Shown here in pieces: positions 36,456 to 39,783 of a stretch of 39,783 bases of DNA. The notes under the pieces are model-generated. The model saw only the letters and a program-made list of their open reading frames with translations. It searched no databases and had not been told where the DNA came from. The number at the start of each line of letters is the position of its first letter. The stretch's first letter is position 1. A program made the translations under genes and the position numbers. The DNA is from Mycoplasmatota bacterium (GTDB lineage Bacteria; Bacillota_I; Bacilli_A; RF39; UBA660): NCBI GenBank assembly GCA_012727915.1, contig JAAYGD010000002.1, positions 1-39,783 on the forward strand, written 5' to 3'.

Positions 36456-37058
36456 ATGAATTATCCAGATAGTTTAAACAATTTGATTGAAAATTTCAAA
36501 AAAATGCCTGGAATTGGTGAGAAAACAGCCGAAAGATTAGCGTTCAGTGTTTTAAACTTTGATCAAGACGATATTGATAGTTTCTCAAAATCAATAAAAG
36601 AAATTAAAAGTAAATTAAAAAAATGTGTTGTATGTAATAATTTAACTGAATCAGAAAAATGTAATATATGTGATGATTTATCCAGAGATAATTCAATTAT
36701 TTGTGTTGTTGAGGACACTAAAAATCTTTACTTATTTGAAAAAGCTGGAAATTATAATGGTAAATATCATGTATTAGATGGATTGATTTCTCCATTAAAT
36801 GGAATTAATCCTGAAGATATAAATATCGATTCATTAATAAATAGAGTTCATAAAGAGAATACAAAAGAAGTAATAATTGCAGTTAAACCAACAATTGAGG
36901 GAGAAACCACTTCGTTATATATATTAAAACTTCTTAAAGATACAAATGTAGTTGTATCAAAAATCGCTCATGGAGTTCCTCTTGGATCCGATATGGAATA
37001 TTTGGATGCATTGACATTAGAAATGGCAATGAATGATAGAAAAAAAATTTCAGAATAG
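36456..37058 (+). CDS. recR: Recombination mediator RecR
   Basis: PGIG.KTAERLA, C4 zinc finger, ICVVE, YHVL.G.ISP, EGE.T, IA.GVP.G. Confidence 0.97.
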   Translation: MNYPDSLNNLIENFKKMPGIGEKTAERLAFSVLNFDQDDIDSFSKSIKEIKSKLKKCVVCNNLTESEKCNICDDLSRDNSIICVVEDTKNLYLFEKAGNYNGKYHVLDGLISPLNGINPEDINIDSLINRVHKENTKEVIIAVKPTIEGETTSLYILKLLKDTNVVVSKIAHGVPLGSDMEYLDALTLEMAMNDRKKISE

Positions 37059-37070
37059 AGATGATTTTTT

Positions 37071-37985
37071 ATGGATGGATATAAACTGGAAACATATGAT
37101 AAATTTAAAGGCTATTTAAAGAACCTTTCTCATGCATATATATTTGTCAATAATGGTGATGTTAATTTTGAAAACATAGTATATTATTTTGCGGCATTAA
37201 TAACAAATAATTTTAATAATGATGACAATATAGATATTATAATTCGTTCAATAAAAGAAAATACCCATACTGAAATTAGACAAATAAAGCCTGAAGGTTT
37301 ATGGATAAAAAAAGAACAATTAGTTGATTTAAAAAATGAATTTAAATCAAAATCCTTAAATAGTTCAAAAAAGATATATATAATTAAAGAAATAGAAAAA
37401 TTAAATAAATATTCTGCAAATAGTATATTAAAGTTTTTAGAAGAGCCAGAAGAGGATATAATAGCAATTCTAACTACCAATAATATTAATTCAGTATATA
37501 GTACTATTGTATCTAGATGCCAAAAGATTATTTTGCCAAACCAAGGAAACAAAACAGACTATATACTTAATCTTTTTTCAGAAAAAAATTTTAGTAATCT
37601 TAATATTGATAAAAATAATATTGAAGAATTTGTTAATAGCGTTATAAATTTTATATATTTATATGAAGAAAATGGAATTAATGTGATTTGTTATTCAAAA
37701 GATTCGTTTTATAAAACTTATAACAAAAGAGAAGAACTTGAAGTGTCTTTTCAGATAATGATATTATTTTATAAAGATATATTGTATTACTTGAGGAACA
37801 AATCAATTTATGTCTTTAGTAATTACGAAGAGTTCATAAAAAAAATTGCTGAATTTAATAACCAATCAGATATAATAAATAAGATAAAGGTATTAATGCA
37901 AAAAAAAGATTTGATAAAATATAATATTAATGTTAATCTATTATTTGATTCTTTAGTATTAGAATTTGAAGGAGAATATATATGA
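37071..37985 (+). CDS. holB: DNA polymerase III delta-prime subunit (divergent)
   Basis: LSHAYIF, IKKEQ...L..EF, ANSILKFLEEP, TI.SRCQ; upstream of ricT. Confidence 0.85.
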   Translation: MDGYKLETYDKFKGYLKNLSHAYIFVNNGDVNFENIVYYFAALITNNFNNDDNIDIIIRSIKENTHTEIRQIKPEGLWIKKEQLVDLKNEFKSKSLNSSKKIYIIKEIEKLNKYSANSILKFLEEPEEDIIAILTTNNINSVYSTIVSRCQKIILPNQGNKTDYILNLFSEKNFSNLNIDKNNIEEFVNSVINFIYLYEENGINVICYSKDSFYKTYNKREELEVSFQIMILFYKDILYYLRNKSIYVFSNYEEFIKKIAEFNNQSDIINKIKVLMQKKDLIKYNINVNLLFDSLVLEFEGEYI

Positions 37986-38767
37986 TGGATGTAATAGGAG
38001 TATCTTTTGAAGAAAATAGTAAAATATATTATTTTTTTCCAAATAATTTATCTTTAAAAAAAGGAGAAAAAGTTATTGTTGAGACCGAAAGGGGTAGTCA
38101 AATTGGAGATGCTGTTACTGAAATAATGAAAATAAATAGCGAAAAAATAAATTCCATTTTAAAGAAAGTTATTAGAATTGCAACTTTAGAAGATATGAAT
38201 AAGGCCAAAAAAAATAAAGTAGATGCTGTATTAGCTAAGAAAAAGTGTGAAGAATTAATAAAAGAGTTTAAAATAAATATGTCAATAATTAGCGCTACTT
38301 ACACATTTGACAGATCACAATTATTATTTCATTTTTTATCAGATGAAAGAGTAGATTTTAGAAAACTTGCAAAAGAATTAGCAAATATATATAGAACAAG
38401 AATTGAATTAAGACAAGTAGGAGTTAGAGATAAAGCAAAGGAAATTGGTGGAATCGGAGTATGTGGAAGATGTCTTTGTTGCTCAACCTTCTTAAAATCA
38501 TTTGATTCCTTATCTATAAACATGGCTAAAAATCAAAATATGTCATTAACTCCAAATAAAATAAACGGATCTTGTGGTAGATTATTATGTTGTTTAGGAT
38601 ATGAAAACAATTTATACGAGGAATTTAGAGAGGGATTGCCAAGTATAGGAGAAAAAATCAAGACAAATAATGGACAAAAAAGAGTAATTTCAGTAGATAT
38701 TTTAAGTAGATCATACAAAACGTTAAATGAAAATGATGAAATTGAAACTGTTTATTTAGATAAATAA
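37982..38767 (+). CDS. ricT: RicT/YaaT (PSP1 domain) Fe-S regulator
   Basis: YYF.P, VIVET.RG, RVDFR.L.K.LA...RTRIELRQ.GVRD, GG.G.CGR.LCC, MAK.Q, G.CGRL.CCL.YE. Confidence 0.93.
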   Translation: MMDVIGVSFEENSKIYYFFPNNLSLKKGEKVIVETERGSQIGDAVTEIMKINSEKINSILKKVIRIATLEDMNKAKKNKVDAVLAKKKCEELIKEFKINMSIISATYTFDRSQLLFHFLSDERVDFRKLAKELANIYRTRIELRQVGVRDKAKEIGGIGVCGRCLCCSTFLKSFDSLSINMAKNQNMSLTPNKINGSCGRLLCCLGYENNLYEEFREGLPSIGEKIKTNNGQKRVISVDILSRSYKTLNENDEIETVYLDK

Positions 38768-38782
38768 GAGGGTGAATTATAT

Positions 38783-39346
38783 ATGAAAATGATTGTTGGA
38801 TTAGGAAATCCCGGTATATTATATAAAAATACAAGACATAATATTGGATTTTATTTTTTAGATAGTTTTTGTAAAAATAACAACATATCTATGAAAAACA
38901 GAAAGTTTTTTGGCAATTATTCTATTACAACTATAAAAAATACAAAGGTTTTGTTTTTAAAACCATTAAAATATATAAATTTATCTGGAGAAGTAATAAA
39001 AAAATACTGTGATTTTTATAAAATATCTATTGATGATATTTTAATAATACATGATGATATGGATATTGAAGTAGGAAATATTAAATTAAAAGCATCTGGA
39101 AGTAGTGCTGGACATAATGGATTAAAAAACATAGAGTTATGTCTTAATACAAAAGATTACAAAAGGTTAAAAATTGGAATTTCAAAGAATAAATTAATTG
39201 AATCCAAAGATTATGTTTTGGGCAAATATTCAGAAGAAGAAAAAAATATATTTGAAAATCTTGAAAACACAATAAATGATATAATATTGGATTTTTTAGA
39301 TCTTGATTTTAATATTTTAATGAGCAAATATAATATAAACAGATAA
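38783..39346 (+). CDS. pth: Peptidyl-tRNA hydrolase
   Basis: IVGLGNPG, TRHNIGF, N.SG, HDD, GHNGLK, YVL. Confidence 0.97.
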   Translation: MKMIVGLGNPGILYKNTRHNIGFYFLDSFCKNNNISMKNRKFFGNYSITTIKNTKVLFLKPLKYINLSGEVIKKYCDFYKISIDDILIIHDDMDIEVGNIKLKASGSSAGHNGLKNIELCLNTKDYKRLKIGISKNKLIESKDYVLGKYSEEEKNIFENLENTINDIILDFLDLDFNILMSKYNINR

Positions 39347-39360
39347 AACTTGGAGGATAC

Positions 39361-39783
39361 ATGAATTTTTTTGACGACAAAATAAATAACAAGTTAGAAA
39401 ATGAAACCGCAATTTTTTGCTCAAATGATGAGTTTTCCTGTATTTATATTAATTCATTAAGAAAGAATAACATATTGGTTGTCACTAATACTTTATATGA
39501 AGCCAACAAAATATTTAATTCATTAATTAATTATAATAATAATGTACTATTTTTTCCTACAGATGACTTTTTATCTGAGGAGTTTTTTGCTTCTAGTCCT
39601 GAATTAGAAATGACTAGATTGGAAACGATTAACGAGATTGTATATTCTAAAGAAAAACATATAGTTGTGACCGATTTTATGGGTTTGATTCGTTTATTGC
39701 CTAAAAAAAATTCATGGAAAAAGAATTGCATTAACATAAAAACTGGGCAAATTATAGAAAAAGAAAAATTAATAAACAATTTA
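39361..39783 (+). CDS. mfd: Transcription-repair coupling factor, N-terminal part (runs off right edge)
   Basis: Open frame from ATG 39361 (GGAGG RBS): ILVVTNTLYEANKI...FFP.DD.L.EE...SSPEL...RLETI...IVVT..GL...LP; follows pth as in Bacilli. Confidence 0.82.
   Translation, partial: MNFFDDKINNKLENETAIFCSNDEFSCIYINSLRKNNILVVTNTLYEANKIFNSLINYNNNVLFFPTDDFLSEEFFASSPELEMTRLETINEIVYSKEKHIVVTDFMGLIRLLPKKNSWKKNCINIKTGQIIEKEKLINNL

Noticed and set aside
2218..39779. Many short ORFs antisense to or overlapping housekeeping genes (e.g. 2218..2499, 9238..9615, 22344..22802, 32918..33316, 39531..39779)
   Set aside because: F/L/I/S-rich reverse-frame shadows of well-supported genes in AT-rich DNA; no recognisable domains.

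Overview
Replication-origin region of a very AT-rich, compact Bacilli chromosome. It uses genetic code 11 (TGA ends rlmH, walJ and yidC) and retains murA and tagO; an RF39-like or other reduced lineage is my inference. Gene strand switches at the dnaA/rpmH gap (~24.3 kb), which carries DnaA boxes. Most genes are housekeeping: ung, rlmH, walJ, dnaB, rplI, a catalytic-only GdpP, hpf, tagO, rpiB, rpmE, murA, fba, prmC, prfA, rpoE, noc, rsmG, mnmG, dnaN, dnaA | rpmH, rnpA, yidC, jag, mnmE, recF, gyrB, gyrA, SRP RNA, tadA, dnaX, ybaB, recR, holB, ricT, pth, mfd. The left edge holds tRNA-His and a decayed serine-recombinase element. Main observations: (1) two perfect Noc-binding palindromes abut three tandem parS sites, a minimal SRP RNA and a fourth parS after gyrA, and the Noc-type protein lacks its membrane helix and has a ~200-aa low-complexity insert; (2) two tandem uncharacterised paralogous surface proteins share an unnamed domain; (3) the dnaN..mnmE block is inverted across oriC; (4) gyrase active-site and drug-pocket motifs are substituted; (5) YidC has a Cys-rich insert; (6) two pilin-Ig proteins follow noc; (7) a small zinc-ribbon gene has a switch-like leader. 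All calls are from motif recognition by eye; no searches were run.
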